Positions 18,618-28,394 of a DNA stretch of 64,000 nt are shown here, one piece after another. How positions within the stretch are numbered: position 1 is the stretch's first letter; the number at the start of each line of letters is the position of its first letter. The position numbers and the translations under genes were made by a program. This stretch comes from Patescibacteria group bacterium (GTDB taxonomy: Bacteria > Patescibacteriota > Patescibacteriia > SG8-24): the NCBI GenBank assembly GCA_041667185.1, contig JBAYFM010000007.1:4296-68295 (forward strand), read 5' to 3'. The notes under the pieces were generated by a model. The model worked only from the letters and a program-made list of their open reading frames with translations. It made no database searches and was not told the origin of the DNA.

Positions 18618-20252
18618 TTACGACCGCTTAACTTTTTGGGGCAGACTAAAACCGAAAACTGACCCCTGTCCACGGCCGGCGCTTTTCACCCAAACCTTAC
18701 CCCCCATCCGTTCAACGGTCTGCTTGACGATGAATAGTCCAAGACCGGTGCCGGCGACCTCGCCGGTCTCAGCAGTCTCAATGCGGGAGAATTTCTTGAA
18801 AAGTTTCGTGATGTCGTCGGGACTGAGCCCAAAACCGGTGTCTTCGACGCTGACATGCAACTCTCCGCCGCCAGCCGCAGTACGAATCGTGACGCTGCCC
18901 TCGACGCGATTGTACTTGATGGCGTTCGTGAGCAGATTTATCAGAACCTCGTAAACACGCCCCGGATTCCCATAAGCCACCATCGACCCGGCCGCTGTCG
19001 GCATGACCTTGATGCTGACCGATCTTTCCGCGGCCAGCGTCCCAAGGGCGGCGACGGCCCGCTCAAGGACGGGAGCGAGCTGGAATCTCTCCGAAACAAC
19101 CTTAAAGGTGCCGTACTCCAGACGCGAGACCTCCAACAGTTCGGAAACCAGCTTATTGAGCCTGGCGGTGTTCTCGCTGATGGTGCCAAGATATTCCGTC
19201 AGGTCAGCAGGCTGAGCGGCAGGCTTTGTCTGGACTTCTTTCAAAAGTTCCAGCGACCAGCTGATAGCCGTCACCGGAGCCCGCAACTCATGCGCAGCAA
19301 TAAAGATGAACTCGTCCTTCAGCTTCTGGATCGTCTTTTCTTTCTCCAAATCGCGGATATTTTGTTCCGCCAGTCTGGCTTCGATCTGTTTACGTTCGGT
19401 AATATCCTCGATAATCGCCTGATAGTATTTCAGCCGGCCACCCTCATCGCACACGGCGCCGATGTGCGTATTCGTCCAAACCACTTGACCCCGCTTGCCT
19501 ATGTAGCGTTTCTCCGCATGATAATCATCCTGAACGCAATTTCGCGCGATCCGCATGATCTTTCGGTCGGCCGATAGGTGTTCCGGGTGCGTGATGTCCC
19601 GGAGCGTCAGCCGCTTCATATCCACATCGTCGTATCCGGTGATGCGGGTGAAGGCTTGGTTGATCTCACAGACATGCAGGTCCGGATAAAGCAGCACGAC
19701 GCCCAATTGGCTGTTTTCGAATAGTTTGCGGAAACGTTCCTCGCGCTCCCACAAGATAGCCTCCAGACGGCGGCGTTCGGTCAAGTCGCGGATGGTGAAT
19801 TGTAAAAAACCGACGCCTTCAAAGCGGAAAAAACTGCATTCTAAGGCGGCATCGAAACGCCGTCCTTGTCGGGTCCGGATCGTCCAGAACTTACTGCCGG
19901 ACGAATGGCCGCATCTCAATACGCCAAAAGACCTGCGGTTACGCAAGGGACCGTTCAAAAATCCGATCTCCCACACCCTCCTCTGCGACAACTCCTTTGT
20001 GGTAAAACCCAGCAGCTTCAGCAAACTCGAGTTGCCGCCGACTATCGAACCAGTCTCAGCATCGACCAACAAGACGCCGTCACTGGTCGCTTTGAAAACC
20101 AGCTGTTGCACCTGTTCAAAAGCTGTCTTTTTAAGCATCTTGGTTCGCGATCTGCCGAATGAGGCCGATCTTGCCGACTTCGCTTTATTAAGCACATTGC
20201 AATCGTTAAAACTGATGAAAAACGCTGATATTATTATACAGTTTTTTTGCAA
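18618..20252 (-). CDS. PAS-domain sensor histidine kinase (544 aa)
   Basis: PAS repeats, H-box (AAHELRAPVTAISW), HATPase_c (DTGFGL...GTGLGLFIVK). Confidence 0.85.
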   Translation of the reverse strand: MQKNCIIISAFFISFNDCNVLNKAKSARSASFGRSRTKMLKKTAFEQVQQLVFKATSDGVLLVDAETGSIVGGNSSLLKLLGFTTKELSQRRVWEIGFLNGPLRNRRSFGVLRCGHSSGSKFWTIRTRQGRRFDAALECSFFRFEGVGFLQFTIRDLTERRRLEAILWEREERFRKLFENSQLGVVLLYPDLHVCEINQAFTRITGYDDVDMKRLTLRDITHPEHLSADRKIMRIARNCVQDDYHAEKRYIGKRGQVVWTNTHIGAVCDEGGRLKYYQAIIEDITERKQIEARLAEQNIRDLEKEKTIQKLKDEFIFIAAHELRAPVTAISWSLELLKEVQTKPAAQPADLTEYLGTISENTARLNKLVSELLEVSRLEYGTFKVVSERFQLAPVLERAVAALGTLAAERSVSIKVMPTAAGSMVAYGNPGRVYEVLINLLTNAIKYNRVEGSVTIRTAAGGGELHVSVEDTGFGLSPDDITKLFKKFSRIETAETGEVAGTGLGLFIVKQTVERMGGKVWVKSAGRGQGSVFGFSLPQKVKRS

Positions 20253-20377
20253 TTATTGTAAGTTTGAAAAACATTCCCGGACGGACGCCCCCCCCCCTAC
20301 CCGCGGCGCGCCAGCTGTTCATAATCCGGACGAACCTGTATGCTTAAGCGGTAACGACCGCTAATCAAAAAAATATT

Positions 20378-20941
20378 GTGAAAAAATTCAAGAAACTGGC
20401 CAATAAACTGCAAATTTCAGCCGAAACCGTCTGGGAGACCGGTTGGACCTACATCCGCCACGTCGTCGACACCGCGCGGGAGCCGTTCCTGATCCTGGAC
20501 AAGGATCTGCGCGTCTTGTCGGCCAATGAATCTTTCTATCGGACCTTTCAGACCATGACGCGGGATACCGAGAAAAAACTCGTCTACCAACTGGGCGGCG
20601 GTCAGTGGAATATCCCGGCGCTCAGGAGGCTGCTTGAGGACGTGCTGCCCAAAGAATCGTTCTTCCGCGATTTCGAGGTCGAGCACGATTATCCGGTCGT
20701 GGGCAAAAAGATCATGCTCATGAACGCCCGCGAAGTCTTCGAGCCGGTGAAAAAAAACCAGAAATCTTTGAAGATGATCGTTCTGGCCATGGAAGACGTG
20801 ACGAAGCAGCGTATGCTCGAAGAGAAGCTCACAGCCTACTCGAAAGAGCTCGAGGAGCGCGTGCTCGAAAGGACCAAAACCCTCGAGGAGCGCATCGCCG
20901 TGTTGGAGAGCGGAGTCAAGAAACGGCCGGGCAAACAATAG
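20378..20941 (+). CDS. PAS-domain protein with C-terminal coiled coil (187 aa)
   Basis: PAS-like fold (REPFLILDKDLRVLSANESFYRTFQ), heptad-rich C-terminus; divergent from the kinase gene. Confidence 0.7.
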   Translation: MKKFKKLANKLQISAETVWETGWTYIRHVVDTAREPFLILDKDLRVLSANESFYRTFQTMTRDTEKKLVYQLGGGQWNIPALRRLLEDVLPKESFFRDFEVEHDYPVVGKKIMLMNAREVFEPVKKNQKSLKMIVLAMEDVTKQRMLEEKLTAYSKELEERVLERTKTLEERIAVLESGVKKRPGKQ

Positions 20942-21107
20942 ATCCGCGGCGCCAGCCTGGAGATCTAATAACAAAACCAGAAACGCCCTCGGCAATCGCC
21001 GGGGGCGTTTTGAATACAGTCTGAGACAGGATGGGGACGTACATCAACAAAAAAATGGCTTATTTCAACGCCGCGCCCCAGCCTCCGGGACAGTCCCGGA
21101 ATATTCG

Positions 21108-24100
21108 TCACCCGGCCAGCGGCAGCTCGAACCAGAAAGTGCTGCCTTTACCTTCCTGGCTTTCATACCCCATCTTGCCACCGTGCGCTTCGATGACGCT
21201 CTTGGCGATATGAAGTCCGATACCGGATCCTTCAGGTTTGATGATAGCGGCGTTGCTAAAACGGTGAAAACGCCGGAACAACTGCTCTTGCTCGCCAGTC
21301 GGAATGCCGATGCCGGTATCGGTGACCTCCACGCGCACCGTCTTCTGTTCCTTTTTGATCCGAGTAGTGATCCGACCGCCTTCGGGCGTATAGCTGATGG
21401 CATTATCCAAGAGCCGCCCGAACAGATCCCGGAACTTCTCCTGATCAACATTTACCGTGCTGATTTGGTCATCACTATACGTATGTTCATGCGTGATTTT
21501 TTTGAGTTCGAACTTTTGTTTATTGTTCGCGCAAACCGAACGTACCAGATCTTCAAGAATGATTTTTTCCGGCTCCAACCGCAGGCGTCCGGCTTCGATA
21601 TCCATGACCAAAAGCAGGTCCGCGATGCGACCAACCGCTTCTTTATTGGCCTCAAGAGACATCCTCAAGATCTGCCGCTGGCTGCCGGTCAGCGGCCCCA
21701 TTTTATCGGATAAAACCTGTTCCAGCCCCCAACGAACCGAGCTCAATGGCGTACGCATCTGCTGAGACACGACCTGCACGAATTTATTCTTGATAGTATC
21801 AAGTTCGTAGGCGTGCTCTTCAGCGACTTTGCGTTCGTGGATATTGCGAACCACGCCGATCGTGCCGGCTAATTTATTGTCGGAATTTTTATAATGCGAA
21901 CCAGACGCCTCCACCCAGACGAATTGCCCATCCCGGCGTCTGAACCGCAAACTGAACGGTTTGAATACGCCGGTCTTCATGAACTCCGACCAATTAACCC
22001 GAGCCCGCTCCAGATCTTCCTCGAAGAAAAACTCCGCGGACACGAACTCCGTGAAGCTACGTCCGATCAGATCGCTTTCCTTATAACCATACATGCTGAC
22101 CTGCGGACTGATATAAGTCAGGACGCCAGATGGATCGGCGGCATAAATGATATCCTGGGTGTTCTCAATGAAATTGCGGTATTTCTCCTCGCTGGCCCGC
22201 AAGGCGCTCTCCGCCTCAACCCGAGCCGTCACATCCTCGATGACGCCATCAAAATATTCTTTGTCGATCTCATTCTTTTTCAATACGGCAGTCACCGCGC
22301 CCCAGATCTTGCGACCCTTGAGCGTCTTGAGCCGGACAACCTCGCTCTTAACGAAACCGAGTTTCTTGATCTTTTCGCTGATCAAAAGACGATCGGCGGG
22401 GTCAACATAAAGATCGGAGACGCTGATCTTCAGCAACTCTTCTTTCGAATCGGCTTCGAACATCGCCACCATCGCCGGATTCACTTCGATGAAACTGCCT
22501 TTGGGTCCGGGCGTATTGCGATAAATGCAAACCGGCAAGCTATTGAACAATTCGACAAACCGCTGGCGCGCTTCAGTAAATTTGTGCTCAACCCGACGAC
22601 GGTCAGTAATATCCTGGACGATCCCGGACAAGACGCTGATCTTGCCGGCGGCATCGCGGATAAATTCAAAAGCCTCGGCCCAAACCGTGAAAACAGCGCC
22701 GTCAGGATGAACGATGCGATACTCCATCGGCATCGGCTGCGCCTTCTCAATCACGGAACGATTGGCGACCTCAACCCGCATGCGATCGTCAGGATGGATA
22801 GCTGCGGTCATTACATCAGTCAACCGACCCGTAAATTTGGCTTTGTCGATGCCGAAAATCCGGTACATCTCGTCCGACCACTCAAGCTTATCGGCTTGGA
22901 CATGCCAGCGCCAACTGCCGATCTTGGCGAACTTCTGAGCCTGGCGCAGGTCGGCTTCCGAACGACGAATCTGTTCATGCACCCTCTTAACTTCAGCCTC
23001 ACTCTCCTGTTGATCGGTGACATCCTCGGCAATCGTCAGCAGCAGCCTTCGTTCGCCCACCGTAACCGGCTCGGTCGTGAGCCGACAAATGCGGCGACTG
23101 CCACCTTTCTGCCATATGACCGTATCCATGCCATGCGCACGGCCGGAAATACGCAGGGTCTCGACCACCCGCTGGCGATCTTCAGCGCTTACAATCCCTA
23201 ATTTGACTTCCGTCTGGCCAAGAACCTCGTCACGGGAATACCCGGTGATGCGCGTAAAAGCCTCGTTGACCTCGATGAACTCACCCCCATCAACGGTCGC
23301 CAGCGTCATCATGAGCGGCGCGGTGTTGAACGCCTGCATGAACATCTTAGCCTGTTGCTCGCGTTCAGAAAGGTCGCGCAAAAATGCGTGACATCTGAAC
23401 CGGCCATGCACCTCGAACGACGACAGCGTAACCTCGGCCAAAAAATCCTGGCCGCCCATCCGCCGATGCATCCACTCGAACCGAAAAAATTTAAGCTTCA
23501 AAGCGCGATCAACCGCTTCCCGCGCGGCCGTTTGCGAATCCTGTCCGCTGGGCTGCTGCAATGGCGAGATTTCGTCGGGGCGCCTGCCAATGATCTGCGT
23601 CCGTTCTGTCGTGCCGAACATCTTCAAGGTGGCATCATTGCAATCGACAATGGTCATGCCATCCAGAAGGATAAAAGCCTCCTGAGAACCCTCGAATACC
23701 TGGCGATAGGCCATTTCGCTCTCGCGCAAATCTTTTTCCACCTGGCGTTGCCGGATGATCTTGAACAAAGTAGCGGCTACCAGCTGGACCTGGGCAATAT
23801 CGCGCTCGTTATACGGTTTCTGCTTGTTTCCGACCCCGAAAAGGATCCGAAAACTTTCATTCTCGAACGTCGGCACGCTCATGAGGCGCTTCAGTTCGAC
23901 ATGGCCGCTCGGGAACCCTTTGCGGTTGGGCGAAGCGGCGAAATCATTGTAGATTACCGGCTTCTTTTGCCGCATCGCGTCCATCCAGTTGCCGGCCGAT
24001 TCGATCGGACGATGGCCGACATCAGGAGCCCGACAGCTCTTCAACGCCTCTTTATTCCAAGTATTCAGAATTATCTCCTTTTGGCCATCGATCACCAGAT

Positions 24101-25085
24101 GGAAGAAACCGACAGCGCTGTCAGTCAGCCGTACCACGCGATCAAGAACGAACTCATAAAGTTCCTGATCCGACATCTTGGCCGCCCGGCCGTAAACATC
24201 GAGGAGGAAAGACTCCCGCTCCGCCTCCTTGATCAAAACAAGTTCAGCCGTCCGCTGCGCCGTGATATCCTGGATCATCGTCAGGAAATAAAGCGGCTGG
24301 CCGGAAGCGTCGCGAATAAGGTTGACGTGGGTTGAAGCCCAGATTTCCTGACCCGACTTGGTCAAATAACGTTTGACCGTGTTGTACTCCCGTAACGTCC
24401 CCTTGAGGAGATCGCCGATACCCTGGCGATTAGCGGCAATATGATCGGGATGCGTGATATCCGCGTACGTCAGTTTCAACAGTTCCGACTCGGAGCGGCC
24501 GACGATCTCGCAGAACTTCCGGTTGACGCGAATGAATTTAAAATCCAGTCCGGACAGCACGATACCGACAGTAGCCTCTTCGAAGATGCGGCGAAATCTC
24601 TCCTCGCTCGATCGCAGATTTTCCTCGATTCGCTGGCGTTCAGTGATGTCGCGCGGCACGAAACGAATCATCTTCCGACCGCATTCGTCGTAGACATTAG
24701 CATCGACTTCAACCGGAATAAGCTCTCCTTTGTGGGTCTTGAGGCTTCGAGCAGCCTGGTGCAATACTCCCTCGCGGATAAAATCGGCGAATTCCGCCTT
24801 ATCAGCGAACAAGGTGCGGAGACAACACTGTTTGTCCCAAAGACTACGGCCCACGGCATCTTTTCGCTGGCAACCGGACATTTTTTCAAAACTGACGTTG
24901 ATATCCTCAATCCGCGCCGTGTCTGCATCAACGATCGCGATGCCAGACTGAGCGGTATTAAAAACTAACCGATACCGATCAGCACACTCGGCCAACAAAC
25001 CCGTAGCGGCGGATTGCGCATGATTGACCGCCGCTGTTGTCGTTTTATTTTCCGGGGCGCCGTTGCGCTTGAATAGGGACAACAT
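21108..25085 (-). CDS. Cytoplasmic multi-PAS sensor histidine kinase (1325 aa), no receiver domain
   Basis: At least 6 PAS-like repeats, H-box (QVVSQQMRTPLSSVRW), HATPase_c (DTGIGIP...GSGIGLHIAKSVIEAHGGK...GSTFWFELP). Confidence 0.85.
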   Translation of the reverse strand: MLSLFKRNGAPENKTTTAAVNHAQSAATGLLAECADRYRLVFNTAQSGIAIVDADTARIEDINVSFEKMSGCQRKDAVGRSLWDKQCCLRTLFADKAEFADFIREGVLHQAARSLKTHKGELIPVEVDANVYDECGRKMIRFVPRDITERQRIEENLRSSEERFRRIFEEATVGIVLSGLDFKFIRVNRKFCEIVGRSESELLKLTYADITHPDHIAANRQGIGDLLKGTLREYNTVKRYLTKSGQEIWASTHVNLIRDASGQPLYFLTMIQDITAQRTAELVLIKEAERESFLLDVYGRAAKMSDQELYEFVLDRVVRLTDSAVGFFHLVIDGQKEIILNTWNKEALKSCRAPDVGHRPIESAGNWMDAMRQKKPVIYNDFAASPNRKGFPSGHVELKRLMSVPTFENESFRILFGVGNKQKPYNERDIAQVQLVAATLFKIIRQRQVEKDLRESEMAYRQVFEGSQEAFILLDGMTIVDCNDATLKMFGTTERTQIIGRRPDEISPLQQPSGQDSQTAAREAVDRALKLKFFRFEWMHRRMGGQDFLAEVTLSSFEVHGRFRCHAFLRDLSEREQQAKMFMQAFNTAPLMMTLATVDGGEFIEVNEAFTRITGYSRDEVLGQTEVKLGIVSAEDRQRVVETLRISGRAHGMDTVIWQKGGSRRICRLTTEPVTVGERRLLLTIAEDVTDQQESEAEVKRVHEQIRRSEADLRQAQKFAKIGSWRWHVQADKLEWSDEMYRIFGIDKAKFTGRLTDVMTAAIHPDDRMRVEVANRSVIEKAQPMPMEYRIVHPDGAVFTVWAEAFEFIRDAAGKISVLSGIVQDITDRRRVEHKFTEARQRFVELFNSLPVCIYRNTPGPKGSFIEVNPAMVAMFEADSKEELLKISVSDLYVDPADRLLISEKIKKLGFVKSEVVRLKTLKGRKIWGAVTAVLKKNEIDKEYFDGVIEDVTARVEAESALRASEEKYRNFIENTQDIIYAADPSGVLTYISPQVSMYGYKESDLIGRSFTEFVSAEFFFEEDLERARVNWSEFMKTGVFKPFSLRFRRRDGQFVWVEASGSHYKNSDNKLAGTIGVVRNIHERKVAEEHAYELDTIKNKFVQVVSQQMRTPLSSVRWGLEQVLSDKMGPLTGSQRQILRMSLEANKEAVGRIADLLLVMDIEAGRLRLEPEKIILEDLVRSVCANNKQKFELKKITHEHTYSDDQISTVNVDQEKFRDLFGRLLDNAISYTPEGGRITTRIKKEQKTVRVEVTDTGIGIPTGEQEQLFRRFHRFSNAAIIKPEGSGIGLHIAKSVIEAHGGKMGYESQEGKGSTFWFELPLAG

Positions 25086-25321
25086 ATTTGGACTGTCTGA
25101 CCGATCTTTATTTTATAATTATATCAATAAATCACCGCCTTGGACAGTTCAAAAACGGCGTTATTCGGACCAAATGCCGCACGCCGGCGGTCCGAGCGCC
25201 GAGCTCTCAATTCGGCGTAAAAAGGCGGCGGATCAGTCGGCGACCGCCGAGGTGTTGATTATTTCAGCGGCGCTTGCTAAGCTCGGCTGTTCTTTGAAAA
25301 TCCAGCGACAGGAGCGTGCTC

Positions 25322-25585
25322 ATGAACCGACAGCGGACTTATAAGCTCCAAAAAGACGGCCGCACGATCTCGAGCCGGCAACCGTGGCGCTACGCCGGCT
25401 GGAGGTTGGGCAAGATCTTCGGCCGGCTGGACTGCGCTTCAGGCCGACGGATGAAGCCGGAGAACCGCGTCTTTTTTCTCACTTGGGACGATGCTATCGC
25501 CGCCGGCTACCGGCCATGCAAGAACTGCCGGCCGACGCCGTCGGATCGTTACACAACCCCTAACCGAAAAACGAGGCCGCGATGA
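25322..25585 (+). CDS. Ada-like Zn-ribbon (Ada_Zn_binding-type) small protein lacking the methyl-acceptor Cys
   Basis: AAGYRPCKNCRP aligns with Ada N-domain FRPCKRCQP; first Cys of the CRPSC pair is Gly here; RBS AGGAG 7 nt upstream; stop overlaps next start (ATGA). Confidence 0.6.
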   Translation: MNRQRTYKLQKDGRTISSRQPWRYAGWRLGKIFGRLDCASGRRMKPENRVFFLTWDDAIAAGYRPCKNCRPTPSDRYTTPNRKTRPR

Positions 25586-26466
25586 CAAAAATGTTCAGTT
25601 TGCGTTTCGATCCCGATCTCTGGCAGCTCGAACAGCGACAACCAGTCAACACGCTGCAAATGTTCATCACGGCCGCCTGCGACCGCCGCTGTCCGGAATG
25701 TTTCTTCCGACAGCACTTCAACGCCGGAGCGATGACCCTGGATTTCTACCGCCGGACGGTCGAGCAATATCGCCCATCCATCGGCAAGGTCATCATCCTG
25801 GGCGGCGAACCGACGCTACATCGCGACCTGCCGGCCATGCTCGCATTCAACCGCGACCTCGGCCTGCCGACCACGCTCTACACCAACGGCCGACGGCTGA
25901 TGGCGCTCGCGCCGAAAGATCTGGCCGGCGTTTCGGTCAGGCTGTCAGTCGACGGCCTGACCGGCGGACTCAAGCCGGCGCTGGCCCTGCCGAAACTCGG
26001 ACCAGTGATCATGCCGGTCTTCATGACGAGCCGGAATAACACCGGCGACTTGCTGCCGTTCCTGGACCACGTCGAGCGCTCCCTCGGCTGCACCGAGGCG
26101 TTCATCTCGAGCATCCGTGACATCCAAGAAAGCAGCGATTTCTGGCTGGATACGTCGACGACCCTGCCTCTTCGCGATTATGCGGCGACCGTCCAACGGA
26201 CGATCGACGCTTACCGCGGACGGCTGACCTTGCATATCTCCCGGCGCGGCGTGATCGCTGCCGGCGGCCCGCGCCGAACGGCCGAACCGCCTAACCGCTG
26301 CCGCTTCGGCAACGTCCTGCCCGACGGACGGCTCATCACTTGTCCGTTCGACATCTGCAAAAACCGCGTCACGGACGGTCTGCGCTTCGGCGAACAACGC
26401 TGCGAAAAGACGAGGGGCGGCGGCTGTCTGCTGCAGAAACTCGTCCTGCGACGAAAACCGACATGA
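25582..26466 (+). CDS. Radical SAM protein (CxxxCxxC) with Cys-rich C-terminal extension
   Basis: CDRRCPECFFRQHF cluster, glycine-rich GGEPTL SAM motif, C-terminal 6-Cys region (CRFG...CPFDIC...C...C). Confidence 0.75.
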   Translation: MTKMFSLRFDPDLWQLEQRQPVNTLQMFITAACDRRCPECFFRQHFNAGAMTLDFYRRTVEQYRPSIGKVIILGGEPTLHRDLPAMLAFNRDLGLPTTLYTNGRRLMALAPKDLAGVSVRLSVDGLTGGLKPALALPKLGPVIMPVFMTSRNNTGDLLPFLDHVERSLGCTEAFISSIRDIQESSDFWLDTSTTLPLRDYAATVQRTIDAYRGRLTLHISRRGVIAAGGPRRTAEPPNRCRFGNVLPDGRLITCPFDICKNRVTDGLRFGEQRCEKTRGGGCLLQKLVLRRKPT

Positions 26467-26473
26467 TCACAAA

Positions 26474-26506
26474 CCCCGCCGGCGACTGCCGACGGGGATT
26501 TTTTTA
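26474..26506 (+). terminator. Intrinsic terminator after the radical SAM gene
   Basis: CCCCG-N14-CGGGG + ATTTTTTT. Confidence 0.55.
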
Positions 26507-26573
26507 TTGACGGCCGAAATTCCCGGGCGCCGCCGCAAAGCGATGAAAGTTTTCTGGCGCGACGGATCCGCGT

Positions 26574-27335
26574 TCAAAACTTGATGTCGTTCGCGACGGT
26601 CGACGTCGCCTGGAAACCGCGGACATTCAGGAGCATGTCGCCGGGAAACTGGCTGGAGTGATACAAGCAGTAGGTCACGGACGTGCCCCACTTGGCGTTG
26701 AGCGCGTCCATGAGCGCCGTCATTTTCTTCAAATCAACCTCGGTGGCGTGAATGCCACCCAGGTCGAAGTCGAGTTCGTCGTCATCCTGGGCGATAAGCA
26801 TGGCCGACAGCACGCCGTGAAGTTTGAAAGGGAATTTCAATCCTTCGACCACCTCTTTGACGAACGGCTCGTAACGGAAAGGCCGCTCGCGATCGAATTC
26901 CGGATGAAAAACCAACGCGATCGCCTGAGGTTTCACAGCCGGACGACTATTCTGCGGCGGAGCATAAAGATCGTCGCCGCGAACTTCGAGTTCAACCGTG
27001 CTGACGGCCTTTTTGGCCGGACCACTGATCGCTTCGCCAGTCTCCGCCTTGAATTCGGAGCCGTGCCAGGGACAAACGACGATCCCATCCTTGACCACGC
27101 CCTTGCACAACGGGCCGCCCAAGTGGGTACAAGCGTTATCGAGGGCGAAAAAACGATCGCCCGAACGCACGATGGATATTTTCCTGCCGCCGATCGCGGC
27201 GCAATACGACTTATCGGCGGCGATATCCTTGACCGCGGCCACGCGCACAGGCTCGCTGGCGGCGCAATCGCAACCTCCGCCCGGACAAACCCAGGCCTGA
27301 AACATCTTCTTGAGTGGGTTGCGAACCATAAACAA
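26574..27335 (-). CDS. Rieske [2Fe-2S] domain protein fused to an uncharacterised C-terminal domain
   Basis: CTHLGGPL...CPWHGSEF (CxH...CxxH) Rieske motifs in the N-terminal half; C-terminal ~130 aa unassigned. Confidence 0.7.
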   Translation of the reverse strand: MFMVRNPLKKMFQAWVCPGGGCDCAASEPVRVAAVKDIAADKSYCAAIGGRKISIVRSGDRFFALDNACTHLGGPLCKGVVKDGIVVCPWHGSEFKAETGEAISGPAKKAVSTVELEVRGDDLYAPPQNSRPAVKPQAIALVFHPEFDRERPFRYEPFVKEVVEGLKFPFKLHGVLSAMLIAQDDDELDFDLGGIHATEVDLKKMTALMDALNAKWGTSVTYCLYHSSQFPGDMLLNVRGFQATSTVANDIKF

Positions 27336-27407
27336 CGCGAGTTTGAAATTATGTCTCCATTATAGCCGAGGGTCGGTAATGCTCCAACCACCGCCGCTTG
27401 AAAGGGA

Positions 27408-27436
27408 TTGACCGTTCACGCTAGATAAGCTATATT
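27408..27436 (+). promoter_or_regulatory. sigma70-type promoter TTGACC-N17-TATATT for sigma paralog 1
   Basis: Same architecture conserved upstream of all three sigma paralogs. Confidence 0.5.
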
Positions 27437-27489
27437 ATGCGGTCCTGCCGAATGCAAGACATTGTCCTTTACAACCGGGAGAACGTGCC

Positions 27490-28266
27490 ATGACCAACCC
27501 TCAAAGATCGACGTTCCCTGAATCGCTGAGCAAACTTTTGAAACATTCCCTGCTCGACCGAGAAGAGGAGCTTCGACTCATCCGCCGGGCCCAGCAAGGC
27601 GACCGCCAGGCGCTCGATTCGCTCGTGCACCACAACCTCAAATTAGTGATGCGCGTGGCCGGGCGCTATGCCCGACGCTACGCCGACTACAACGTCGAAC
27701 TGCAAGACTTGTTCAGCGAAGGTGTGATCGGTCTGCACAAGGCCATCATGAAATTCGATGCCGCTCGCGGCGCGAATCTGAACACCTACGCCGACTACTG
27801 GATAAAACAAGTGATCGGCCGCTATCTGGCGAACCAGCGCTACCTGATCCGCGTGCCGATCAACGCTCAGCAGAACCTGCGGGATGAGGAGGCGGGAAAC
27901 GGCAAAAAAGGTCTCACTAAAACCGACCTCCGCAACTTCTCTGCCGTCTCGCTCGACCAGGAAATTTCCTCCAACGACGCCGGCAACCAAAACGGCTGCA
28001 CGCTCGCCGATATCTGCGTAGACGGACGTGAAACGACGTCATCGGAAACCGCTGTCGCGCGCTCCGAAGTTGCAGCCATCCTCGCCGAAGCATTCGGCCA
28101 GCTCACGCCACGAGAACAGGACATCATCAAAAAACGTTTTTGTGATGAACTGTCCCAGAACCAGGTCTCGGATATCTGCGGCCTGACGCGCATGCGCGTC
28201 CGCTGGATCGAAGCCAAGGCGCTCGGCAAACTCCGGTGCCTGCTCCAAGACAAGGACATCTTCTGA
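27490..28266 (+). CDS. Sigma-70 family RNA polymerase sigma factor (group 3-like, 258 aa), paralog 1
   Basis: Region 2 (DLFSEGVIGLHKAIMKFD...TYADYWIKQVIGRYL) and region 4.2 (VRWIEAKALGKLR). Confidence 0.85.
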   Translation: MTNPQRSTFPESLSKLLKHSLLDREEELRLIRRAQQGDRQALDSLVHHNLKLVMRVAGRYARRYADYNVELQDLFSEGVIGLHKAIMKFDAARGANLNTYADYWIKQVIGRYLANQRYLIRVPINAQQNLRDEEAGNGKKGLTKTDLRNFSAVSLDQEISSNDAGNQNGCTLADICVDGRETTSSETAVARSEVAAILAEAFGQLTPREQDIIKKRFCDELSQNQVSDICGLTRMRVRWIEAKALGKLRCLLQDKDIF

Positions 28267-28273
28267 ATCTGAC

Positions 28274-28304
28274 GCGGCCGAGCCCAGCTCGACCGCGTTT
28301 TCTT
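28274..28304 (+). terminator. Terminator after sigma paralog 1
   Basis: GCGGCCGAG-CCCAG-CTCGACCGC + GTTTTCTT; homologous hairpin follows each paralog. Confidence 0.45.
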
Positions 28305-28361
28305 ATCAAAAGCCACAATTTTAAGGTCCCGCCACGGACTGATGACAAACAGTCGCCCAGC

Positions 28362-28390
28362 TTGACCAAAGACGAGAAACGCGCTACATT
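28362..28390 (+). promoter_or_regulatory. sigma70-type promoter TTGACC-N17-TACATT for sigma paralog 2
   Basis: Hexamers and spacing read directly. Confidence 0.5.
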
Positions 28391-28394
28391 ATGC

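Noticed and set aside
25582-26466. Calling the radical-SAM gene epmB (EF-P lysine 2,3-aminomutase)
   Set aside because: Only the short Cys-cluster motif resembles KamA/EpmB. The protein is about 50 aa shorter, has an extra Cys-rich C-terminus, and is coupled to an Ada-like gene rather than efp/epmA. It is kept as a hypothesis in the findings, not as an annotation.
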